Of a stretch of 64,000 nt of DNA, positions 53,166 through 64,000 are shown in pieces (positions within the stretch are counted from its first letter, which is position 1; each line of letters begins with the position of its first letter). The translations under genes were made by a program, and so were the position numbers. The notes under the pieces are model-generated. The model did no database searches. It saw only the letters and a program-made list of their open reading frames with translations, and was not told the origin of the DNA. Location of the stretch: NCBI GenBank assembly GCA_964016885.1, contig OZ024746.1:98394001-98458000 (forward strand), written 5' to 3'. The DNA is from Eledone cirrhosa (lineage: Eukaryota).

Positions 53166-53697
53166 CGTTAGAATATGTGTAATAAGGCCAAGACAATGCA
53201 GATATGGACATAGAAAAAAGAATGCAATAGTGAAAGATATTGATGAGAATTCGTCTTTCACCTTGAATTTATTTAAATGTCCTTAATTTTCGAGATAATA
53301 TCTCTTCTTCGGAGGGAAGTAAAAGTCTCAGACCAGCGTCTAAATTTCCAATGAAGCCATGCTGACCGGAAATAGTATAGAGTTCTAACTTTAATATCAA
53401 AGAATTAAAATTAGGTGGGTAAAGAGTAGTCTCCCTTTAAGAGGGGTTTGTTTATGTTTTTGTTGTGTTTTTTTAAATTTTATATGCGTGCCTGTATATG
53501 TGTGTGGGAGAAAGCATGAAGGTGTAGGTATGTGGGTGTGTGTGTGTGAGTGTGGGAAGATAGGTCTAATCGTAAAAGTGGGGGGTATGTGTTATCTGGT
53601 GTTAGAACTGGTTTTGTGTGTGTATGTGTGAGAGAGAATAAGTGGAGGTGTGCGCGTGCGTGTGTGTGGGGTGTGTAAAGTGGGGCTAGAGGCCCTA

Positions 53698-54534
53698 TCA
53701 GGTTATAAATTGGGTGTTGAGCTCTAGTCTATTATTGATTGGTGGATGTGTTCTATCTATAATGAGTGCTTCCTTGATTCTAAGATTGCCGAGGTTTCTT
53801 TCCTTAGTTTCTATCCTAACTGTTATGTTTTTATCAGTGTTTTTGCATTTAACTAGGTGTTTCTTAAATGAGGAAGCGTTAGTATTGAGGTGTTCTTTTA
53901 TTCTTATGTGGAGTGGTCTGGTGGTGCTACCTACGTAGAAGTTGTTGCATTTGTCACACTCTAGTCTGTAAACTACGTAAGCCTGGTGGCATAGGTCTGT
54001 GTCGTTGATGGGGCAGTTGGCTAGTCTGCAGCAGTTGTCATGTCTGGTGGAGTGTCTCTTAGCTAGCCGTCCACGCAAAGAAGGACCCGAATGGGCCAGT
54101 TGAATATCCAGACCTTCTCGTCTGATGGCTCTGCGGATGGCTGTTGTTGTTTCTTCACTGAAGTGTGGGAGCTTCAGGAAGCAAGTGTTAGTGCCTCGGG
54201 TGTGGTGTCCTCTGTTCTTTCTGGCACGGTTTGTGGTGGATGTCGTGTATCCGTTCAGTTTGAGTACTTCCAGGAAATGTGTGGTGTGTGTGTCTCGGTC
54301 TCTGGCGTCGGTGCATTTGTTCTTGATACGTGCCAGTTCGTTCTTTATGTATCCGAACTTGGCACCGAGTGGGAGGGCCGATCTGAAATGTACGAACAGG
54401 TCCCTGCTGGCGGCTTTTTTATAGAAGCAGGTGTGGATGTTGCCTTCCTCTGTTACCCTGAGTTGGAAGTCCAGCAGGGATAGGGATCCGCGGTCATCGG
54501 GGTGTTCTATGCTGAACTTTATACTGGCGTCCAT
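53698..54534 (-). CDS. Mirror copy of the PLE GIY-YIG ORF
   Basis: Identical translation in the ORF track. Confidence 0.85.
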   Translation of the reverse strand: MDASIKFSIEHPDDRGSLSLLDFQLRVTEEGNIHTCFYKKAASRDLFVHFRSALPLGAKFGYIKNELARIKNKCTDARDRDTHTTHFLEVLKLNGYTTSTTNRARKNRGHHTRGTNTCFLKLPHFSEETTTAIRRAIRREGLDIQLAHSGPSLRGRLAKRHSTRHDNCCRLANCPINDTDLCHQAYVVYRLECDKCNNFYVGSTTRPLHIRIKEHLNTNASSFKKHLVKCKNTDKNITVRIETKERNLGNLRIKEALIIDRTHPPINNRLELNTQFIT

Positions 54535-54570
54535 GCTGGAGAATGTTGTGTATACACAACATTCTCCAGC

Positions 54571-55407
54571 ATGGACGCCAGTATAAAGTTCAGCATAGAA
54601 CACCCCGATGACCGCGGATCCCTATCCCTGCTGGACTTCCAACTCAGGGTAACAGAGGAAGGCAACATCCACACCTGCTTCTATAAAAAAGCCGCCAGCA
54701 GGGACCTGTTCGTACATTTCAGATCGGCCCTCCCACTCGGTGCCAAGTTCGGATACATAAAGAACGAACTGGCACGTATCAAGAACAAATGCACCGACGC
54801 CAGAGACCGAGACACACACACCACACATTTCCTGGAAGTACTCAAACTGAACGGATACACGACATCCACCACAAACCGTGCCAGAAAGAACAGAGGACAC
54901 CACACCCGAGGCACTAACACTTGCTTCCTGAAGCTCCCACACTTCAGTGAAGAAACAACAACAGCCATCCGCAGAGCCATCAGACGAGAAGGTCTGGATA
55001 TTCAACTGGCCCATTCGGGTCCTTCTTTGCGTGGACGGCTAGCTAAGAGACACTCCACCAGACATGACAACTGCTGCAGACTAGCCAACTGCCCCATCAA
55101 CGACACAGACCTATGCCACCAGGCTTACGTAGTTTACAGACTAGAGTGTGACAAATGCAACAACTTCTACGTAGGTAGCACCACCAGACCACTCCACATA
55201 AGAATAAAAGAACACCTCAATACTAACGCTTCCTCATTTAAGAAACACCTAGTTAAATGCAAAAACACTGATAAAAACATAACAGTTAGGATAGAAACTA
55301 AGGAAAGAAACCTCGGCAATCTTAGAATCAAGGAAGCACTCATTATAGATAGAACACATCCACCAATCAATAATAGACTAGAGCTCAACACCCAATTTAT
55401 AACCTGA
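54571..55407 (+). CDS. PLE RT thumb/linker + GIY-YIG endonuclease (5'-truncated, open)
   Basis: IKFSIE..LSLLDFQL..YKK..FVHFRSA; VVYRLECDKCNNFYVGST..RIKEH..KEALII..PPIN; in-frame ATG at 54571. Confidence 0.85.
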   Translation: MDASIKFSIEHPDDRGSLSLLDFQLRVTEEGNIHTCFYKKAASRDLFVHFRSALPLGAKFGYIKNELARIKNKCTDARDRDTHTTHFLEVLKLNGYTTSTTNRARKNRGHHTRGTNTCFLKLPHFSEETTTAIRRAIRREGLDIQLAHSGPSLRGRLAKRHSTRHDNCCRLANCPINDTDLCHQAYVVYRLECDKCNNFYVGSTTRPLHIRIKEHLNTNASSFKKHLVKCKNTDKNITVRIETKERNLGNLRIKEALIIDRTHPPINNRLELNTQFIT

Positions 55408-55789
55408 TAGGGCCTCTAGCCCCACTTTACACACCCCACACACACGCACGCGCACACCTCCACTTATTCTCTCTCACACATACACACACAAAACCAGTTC
55501 TAACACCAGATAACACCTACCCCCCACTTTTACGATTAGACCTATCTTCCCACACTCACACACACACACCCACATACCTACACCTTCATGCTTTCTCCCA
55601 CACACATATACAGGCACGCATATAAAATTTAAAAAAACACAACAAAAACATAAACAAACCCCTCTTAAAGGGAGACTACTCTTTACCCACCTAATTTTAA
55701 TTCTTTGATATTAAAGTTAGAACTCTATACTATTTCCGGTCAGCATGGCTTCATTGGAAATTTAGACGCTGGTCTGAGACTTTTACTTC

Positions 55790-55824
55790 CCTCCGAAGAA
55801 GAGATATTATCTCGAAAATTAAGG
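55790..55824 (+). ncRNA. Minimal pLTR hammerhead, U4C core (mirror at 53281-53315, minus)
   Basis: CCT-CCGAAGA-A-GAGAT att ATCTC-GAAAATTA-AGG. Confidence 0.55.
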
Positions 55825-55985
55825 ACATTTAAATAAATTCAAGGTGAAAGACGAATTCTCATCAATATCTTTCACTATTGCATTCTTTTTTCTATGTCCA
55901 TATCTGCATTGTCTTGGCCTTATTACACATATTCTAACGTTTATACCTCATTACACAATGTTTCAAGTGAACTATAACCTCCTCC

Positions 55986-57930
<1,945 letters not shown>

Positions 57931-58237
57931 TATATATATTACCATAGAACCACCTTAAATCATAGACACACTATATATTTCCGGGGGTACATTGTACCCT
58001 CAGATATATATTAACCTTTTTCAATAATCTCCAGTATGTAGAGATACAAATTTGTCGTTATATTTAGTTACTAAAAATCTTTTTTTAGTGGCGACTATAG
58101 ACGGCGAGTCTACGATTTCCCGCCTTCACTATACACCAATGTATTTACGGGTCACTTTCACGACCTTTTAAACCTGTATTAGTTGGAGTGAGGTCATATA
58201 TTTTGTCGTTCCTGGGGTTTTTAACCCTAGGACAGGA

Positions 58238-58327
58238 AAATGCTTCTCTGATGATCGTTGCTTTTCCATTAATATCCTCGTGATATTTAATGTTTTGCAC
58301 CGTGAAACTGTACAGTTAGGGCCATTT
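58238..58327 (+). ncRNA. Type I hammerhead, canonical core
   Basis: Stem I AAATGCTTCT/AGGGCCATTT; CTGATGA 58248; long stem II with CATTAATATC/GATATTTAATG; GAAA 58304; palindrome ACTGTACAGT; GUU site. Confidence 0.75.
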
Positions 58328-58436
58328 GAATAGGTAAATATTTATATTATATTTTTTAATTTTGATTAATTTTAATTGTATATTAATTTTGATTTATTTT
58401 GAAAAATTAGTTGAATTTTACTTGTTCTGCTTATCT

Positions 58437-58525
<89 letters not shown>

Positions 58526-58621
58526 TGACAAGTAAGTATGTTTTGAAACAGTGAGCAGGTTTGAAATTAGAAAATGGAATAGCTTTCACCGTATTTTTTA
58601 CTAAAGGAATTTTAGCCTGAT

Positions 58622-58679
58622 AAATGGAAAAAGATGAGTATTGACGTACATGTACGTCAATACTCATCTTTTTCCATTT
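58622..58679. repeat. Perfect 58-bp palindrome
   Basis: AAATGGAAAAAGATGAGTATTGACGTACA|TGTACGTCAATACTCATCTTTTTCCATTT. Confidence 0.95.
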
Positions 58680-58685
58680 CCATCT

Positions 58686-59600
58686 AGGCGGGGAACTAAT
58701 GTAGCGAAACCTGTCCACACCTCGAACCCTGGGTGACACCTAAAGGTCAAATTCTAGGTCACCGCCCTTTTGGCGTAAACAAGTTGATGCGTGGGCGATC
58801 TCTCGAGGCAGGGCACAGGAAGTTGGGGATATAAATAGCCGGTACGAAGAGAGAGAGAGAATTCAATCACGACGAGAACTGCACGACTGTAACCACCAAC
58901 AAACATTGTCTGCTCACTCGCTGTTTTCACATCAACAACAAAATAACATCGTCAACCTTTGCGACTCGTGGTAACTTATTTGTTGTTCTTTTTGACTGAA
59001 GTGGAGTAAATGTTACATCAACAGTAAACCAGCTATTCGGGTTATTTCTTCTAACGATAACTACTGACTTTGCTTCGCTTCAATTGGTGACCCGACTTTA
59101 GAACACAGTTTTCTGAGCCACCTAAAATTATAAACAGGCCGAGCAACTGAACGCTGTTGTGGCTAAACTGCAGCTACAACTACGCCGCAACGCCAGCTAA
59201 ACTCGACGCGCTTCCCATCAGCGCCCGCGAGATCCGAGTCGTACCCGGGCGACCGATTCCATGTGCTATTATCACCGTAATACGGTGAAAGGGCCCGTAA
59301 ATGCCTATTGCCCTGTTCTTTAAGGAGGGGTTTCCGTTATGTGCCGGGAAACGTTGTGCCCAGGCAGTAACGGCCGCAACTACACTTGGTTTTTCCAAAC
59401 CTAGCCGCTTGTTCCACATTAGCTCCGATCAACCGGTGTTCGTTTTCTGGTGGACACCGGAGCTGAGGTTAGCGTTATACCATCATCCCTGGTGTCAGGC
59501 AGTAAGAAACCCACTGAAGTGGAGTAAATGTTATATCAGAAGTAAACCAGTTATTCGGGTTATTTCTTCTAACGATAACTACTAACTTTGCTTCGCTTCA
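58686..59600 (+). mobile_element. Deleted Gypsy LTR retrotransposon (PPT-LTR-PBS-gag end-protease start-partial LTR)
   Basis: LTR 58700-59082 TGTAGCGAA..TTCGCTTCA with TATAAA; PBS TGGTGACCCGAC (tRNA-Trp-like); CYYHR.YGERARKCLLPC; RFLVDTGAEVSVIP; LTR last 88 bp repeated at 59513-59600. Confidence 0.85.
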
Positions 59601-61025
59601 AGATCAAAAGGATTATTATAAAAGGAGATAGAGCTGACATTGTAAATTGGTCCTTTTCTTTTCCGAAATGAATAGCGTAGAAGCACGTACGAAAATTAAT
59701 TGGAGATGCAATTTCCGACGTTTAATTAAGAAGAATTTGAATTAACATCATTTAGAAGATACGAACATACAAACCATTTAGAATTACTTTGGTTATAGTC
59801 AGTTGTGAACTTTCTCATTTTGGCTCGGCTTGTTAAGAAAACAGGATGTGGTAAAGGAACTTCAAGTAGAAATTCTAATTCATTTTCACTATTCTCTCAT
59901 TTAAAAATCTCGTTGACAGGAGCTCTTGAATGCAACTGAATGAAACAATAATTTCCACATTGTTCATTGCCAACAGTCAGTCGATTTGGCCGAGTCGTTA
60001 GAACGTGTGATATTTGTTTCGGCTCTCTGAGATCAAATATCAGCCAGGTCAATGTATTTCATCCTTTCAGGGTCGGTAAAGAAAGTACCAGCCAAGTATT
60101 GGTGCAGGCCTCTATCCTTTCAGCTGGATATTCCTCTGGATCAAGGGAGGGAAGGTCGAGAGTGTTTGTGTCTGTTCCCTAGCTGTCACCTCCTGGGTCT
60201 AGGGACGGACGGAGGGAGGGTCGAGAGTGTCTGGTCTGCTCACTAGAACATTGACAACTTAGCGAAACCATCATACTTGCTATCAAGTCATACTCTACTA
60301 CGAGTGGCAGCTATTGTAGTTTTATGTTCATTACTAATATTATATTATTTTACTCACCAAAGAGACTGTTAGTCATTCATTCGTTATAACAAGATTTTCC
60401 ACTTGTTGGTAAATCAAAGGGGAGTGGATGACAAAATACCAATCATATTTTTATTTCTTTCAATGTTACACTACATTAACCTGTTGTAATTTCATCAAAC
60501 GATTGGTTGTCATTTTTTAACTGAAATCGGACAATATCCATTAGTACTATATAATCATTGACATAAGCATTGGCACTTCTATCACCTCTGTATCCCTCTA
60601 GTTATAGTCGACTCGTCTCCTTCTGTATTTCTTACTGTCTCCTCACCAAGACCACAGATTGAACACTTCACTTAAAATTTCTTCATAATTAGTTTCCTTT
60701 TCAAGGTAATAAATATATTAAATCATGGCACTTATCTTATCTATTAAGGAATCAGACAATAAACTGCACTGCCTGAACTCTCTCTTAAAAACATATAAAG
60801 GTAAATGAAAACAACAAAATGAAACCTAAAGTGTTTCTATGTATAAGATAACATCACTTTAGAGCAGTGAATTGGTAGAGTGGTTCCTACGACTGGTAGA
60901 ATGCGTTACGCTGTTTGTTTCGACTTTCTACGCTCTGAATTCAAACCCCACCAAGGTCAACTTTACTTTTCACACCCACCCGTCAAAGTCAATAAAGCAC
61001 CAGTCCACCATTGTGCTGATTCAGA

Positions 61026-61092
<67 letters not shown>

Positions 61093-61114
61093 GTATAATA
61101 AACAATACAATATA

Positions 61115-61190
61115 ATTACCTCATTACCAGAGGTTTCCTGAATAAGACGAATACAAGAAACGTCCTCATTCGTTCGTCGGACAAGGCAAT
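61115..61190 (-). ncRNA. Type I hammerhead, U4C core (CCGACGA)
   Basis: Stem I ATTGCCTTGT/ATGAGGTAAT; stem II GAAT-GAGGACG/CGTCTT-ATTC; GAAAC-CTCTG-GTA; downstream matches 35880-35905. Confidence 0.6.
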
Positions 61191-61344
61191 TTAAAACATA
61201 GTGAAATATTTGAAAAATCTCCTCAAGAAAGGCAAAAGCTTAACGGGCAAAAAATATATAAATAAAAGTAATGCAAGAGATATATAAAAATAAAATAAGG
61301 AAATATAGTTAGGGTATGTGTATAAATGTGTGTATATTCACTCA

Positions 61345-61573
61345 CAAATTCGAACATAGCCAATTTCTTCCAGAGGAGAGGAAGTGATAATGAGATATAA
61401 AGAACGAATCGATCCTAGTTCTGAGCTGGAATTTTTTTTTTTTTTTTACTAACACGAAAGGATGAAAAGCAAAGTTGACCTCGGCGGGTTTTGAACTCAG
61501 AGGAAGCAGAAATCCTGAACGATTGCCACAAAGCATTTTATCTGATGTTCCAACGATTCTGCAAATTCGCCCA
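61345..61573 (-). mobile_element. Second-subfamily SINE, degenerate
   Basis: Core GGATGAAAAGCAAAGTTGACCTCGGCGG and B-box. Confidence 0.75.
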
Positions 61574-62107
61574 CTTCTAATAGAAGAGCTGCATAAATAT
61601 TTTAGTAAATGGTAAAATTAGTTGCTAGAAATAACATGTTTTTCGTTCTTATCAATCACGATTATCTTTTCGATAATAATAGTAAAAGAAACTATTATAT
61701 TCTTGATATTTAAGAAAGAAATATCAGGAATTATTTTGTTATTTTCCTTTCCTGTTTATTTTGTCTTTTGTTCTCAGTTCCACAACAATTTCAGGAATTC
61801 GTGACTTGTTGACACATATTCATTCCTCTATGCTATCATTCATTTAAAATTTAGAAGTTCATCATGTGAATTTAGTGGTGTTTGATTGTTTTCTAATATT
61901 CAATAATAATTCTTTCTAACATTGACACAAGGCCAGTAATTTGGGAGGAAGGGAAAATCGATTATATCGAACCCAGTACTTAACTGGTATTTTGTATTAT
62001 CGACCCAGGATAATGAAAACAAGCTAAATATCACAATGCATTTTATCGGACACTCTAACCAATGACAGAGATCAATAATTCATTTTGTTATTATCTCTGA
62101 TCTCTTC

Positions 62108-62377
62108 GATCCTGTTCGTGTCAAGAGAGGGGCTGAGCTGTCAACAGATCACCATCTAGTTATCACCAACTAAAGCGAAAGAAGCCCATATACAAACTTA
62201 AAGACGAAATTCTTGTGAGGTGGAGACAATATTTTGCTGATCTTCTAAACCCTCTAAATGAGCTTGGCTGGCCTCTCTTGGGGATCCAGCCGGATCAGTT
62301 GGAGACGGTTGCTTCTGACAAGACCTGCTGGAAGGAGTGTTTGAGGAGTCTGCCTCCACGACCCTCTAAAGAAGAAG

Positions 62378-62406
<29 letters not shown>
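62108..62406 (+). mobile_element. Multiply deleted RTE-clade element with (GAA)n tail
   Basis: VKRGAELSTDHHLV (EN end), ILVRWRQYFADLLNP (linker) and a 3' end matching 32425-32545, all joined within 260 bp. Confidence 0.75.
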
Positions 62407-62408
<2 letters not shown>

Positions 62409-62519
62409 CCTAAAATCATATAACAATATTTGTTCTTGTATAACTCACCACCCTACCATACGAGAGTGAGTACTGATGAATGACAGTGAAAGCCACACGT
62501 CTCTCTCATTCTGAGATAG

Positions 62520-63135
62520 TTGTGACATTCACATAGCCTGCGCCGCATCGGCGTTTCCTTGAGGCTCGGCCTCCGGATCTGCCAGCCACACCAATGTCGC
62601 TGCGAATCCACCGTGGACTCTTTCGGCCTCCACCCGCTTTCCTGTCGCCACAGTGCCGGCCGCCTTCCACGCCATGCTGCCCTCAACGAGGTCATAAAGC
62701 ATGGCTTGGACGCTGCGGGATTCCCTTCCGAGCTCGAGCCGGTGGGGCTGGACCGAGGGGACGGCAAAAGGCCAGATGGCATGACCATCTTCCCGTTCCG
62801 CGGTGGCAAACCCGTCTGCGGTGCTACTTGCACCGACACTTTCTGCAGCCGCACCCTGGTGCAGTCTGCGACTAACCCAGGTTCTGCTGCACGTCGGGCT
62901 GAGGAGGCCAAACTCCTCAAATACCGGTCGCTCTCCGACAGGTTTGCGGTTGTACCCCTGGCAGTGGAGACTTCTGGTGTCCTTGGCCCTAGGGCTACCT
63001 CCCTACTCACCACCATAGGCGCTGAGCTGGCCAGCCGCAGGTGTGAGCCCCGCGAGTTGGAGTGGCTTTTCCAGCGCGTCTCCCTTGCCGTCCTCCGGGG
63101 AAACGCCTTCTCCATCCTGTCCACCGGAGCTGTGG
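62520..63135 (+). mobile_element. CRE-type LINE C-terminal region (Zn knuckle + RLE)
   Basis: LRLG..CRC..GLHPLSC..RHAALN..KRPDG..ETSGVLG..QRVSLAVLRGNA. Confidence 0.85.
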
Positions 63136-63243
63136 TAGAGTCCCATCACGTATCATTCCATATTTAAGTATGTGCACTATCACATATTTCACAGCCTAAT
63201 ACTTACTGTGTGCCTAAATAAGTGTTTATTATACGTAAAACAA

Positions 63244-63462
63244 GGGCGGTGGATTGGCAGTATCGGTAGAAGGTCGGACGCCATGCTTTGCAGCATAGAG
63301 TGCTGGCCCTTTCTGATCTGAGTTCAAATCCCGCCGAGGTTAACTTTGCCTTTCATCCTTACGAGGTCGATAAAATAAAGTACCAGTAACGCACTTGGGT
63401 CGATTTAATCGACTTTCCGCTCCCCCAAAATTGCTGGCCATGTGCCTATATAAGAAACCATT
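63244..63462 (+). mobile_element. Main-family SINE, full length
   Basis: GGGCGGTGGATTGGCAGTATCGG head, B-box, core and tail. Confidence 0.9.
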
Positions 63463-63751
63463 ATATGTAAAACATTGTTTATAGAATGACAAAAGAACAT
63501 TATCTCTGATCGAGACGAAGCGAAGGTGTATTTGAATACATCTAAAAATGAGAAAACTGATCAACAGTTGACTGTTTCAACGGCTGTTCATATTATTTCT
63601 AGGTTTATATTCACCTTTATTCTTAATCAGGCTGTGTTACTCTTATCACTAATTAGATGTATATCAAATGTATATTTTTTATACTAAAATGTTTGATATC
63701 CATGCTGCATGTCAGTCTATATTAAATATTAAACAACCATTCTTTAATTAT

Positions 63752-64000
63752 TGGCAGAATCAGTGGAGCGTCAGACACCATCCTTCGTAGCATAGAGTTC
63801 TGGCCTTTTACGTTCTGAGTTTAAATTCCGCTGAGGTTAGCTTTGCCTTTCATCCTTACGGGGTCGATAAAATAAAGTACCAGTAACGTACTGAGGTCGA
63901 TTTAATCGACTTTTCCCTTCCCCAAAAGATTGCTGCCTTGTGCCTAAATCAGAAACCATTATTGGCAGAACCAGTGGAGCGTCAGACACCATCCTTCGTA
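63752..64000 (+). mobile_element. Tandem main-family SINEs (second runs off the window)
   Basis: Head TGGCAGAAYCAGTGGAGCGTCAGACACC at 63752 and 63963. Confidence 0.85.

Larger units (their letters stand above)
53163..55942. mobile_element. Head-to-head palindromic PLE duplication (2 x 1390 bp, no spacer)
   Basis: Centre TGTGTA|TACACA at 54552/54553; paired coordinates sum to 109105 at all points checked; one mismatch seen (53588/55517); (TA)n flanks. Confidence 0.95.

Noticed and set aside
54502-54552. N-terminal MFYAELYTGVHAGECCV of the 301-aa ORF
   Set aside because: It is antisense read-through from the opposite palindrome arm, starting at a GTG

Overview
Eukaryotic, AT-rich, microsatellite-dense animal DNA, most likely a cephalopod (octopod). 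That call rests on recalled SINE/MITE sequence types and was not checked by a search. No intact host gene is recognisable, and nearly all ORF-track entries are microsatellite artefacts. The window is made up largely of decayed mobile elements. These are Penelope-like elements (PLEs), two R4/Dong-type RLE LINE families, a Tx1/L1-type LINE, CRE-type and RTE-type fragments, RTE-derived non-autonomous elements, a deleted Gypsy element, about 25 tRNA-derived SINEs and a few MITEs. The most notable structure not shown by the ORF track is about 17 type I hammerhead ribozyme (HHR) folds, found by hand. Several carry non-canonical cores: a compensatory U3-A8 pair, U4A, U4C and an extra A. Most lie in (TA)n-flanked PLE 3' ends or short derivatives. 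Many PLE ends are fold-back palindromes, the largest being a spacerless 2.78-kb palindrome that encodes the same GIY-YIG ORF on both strands. All folds and family assignments were made by eye and need computational and experimental confirmation.
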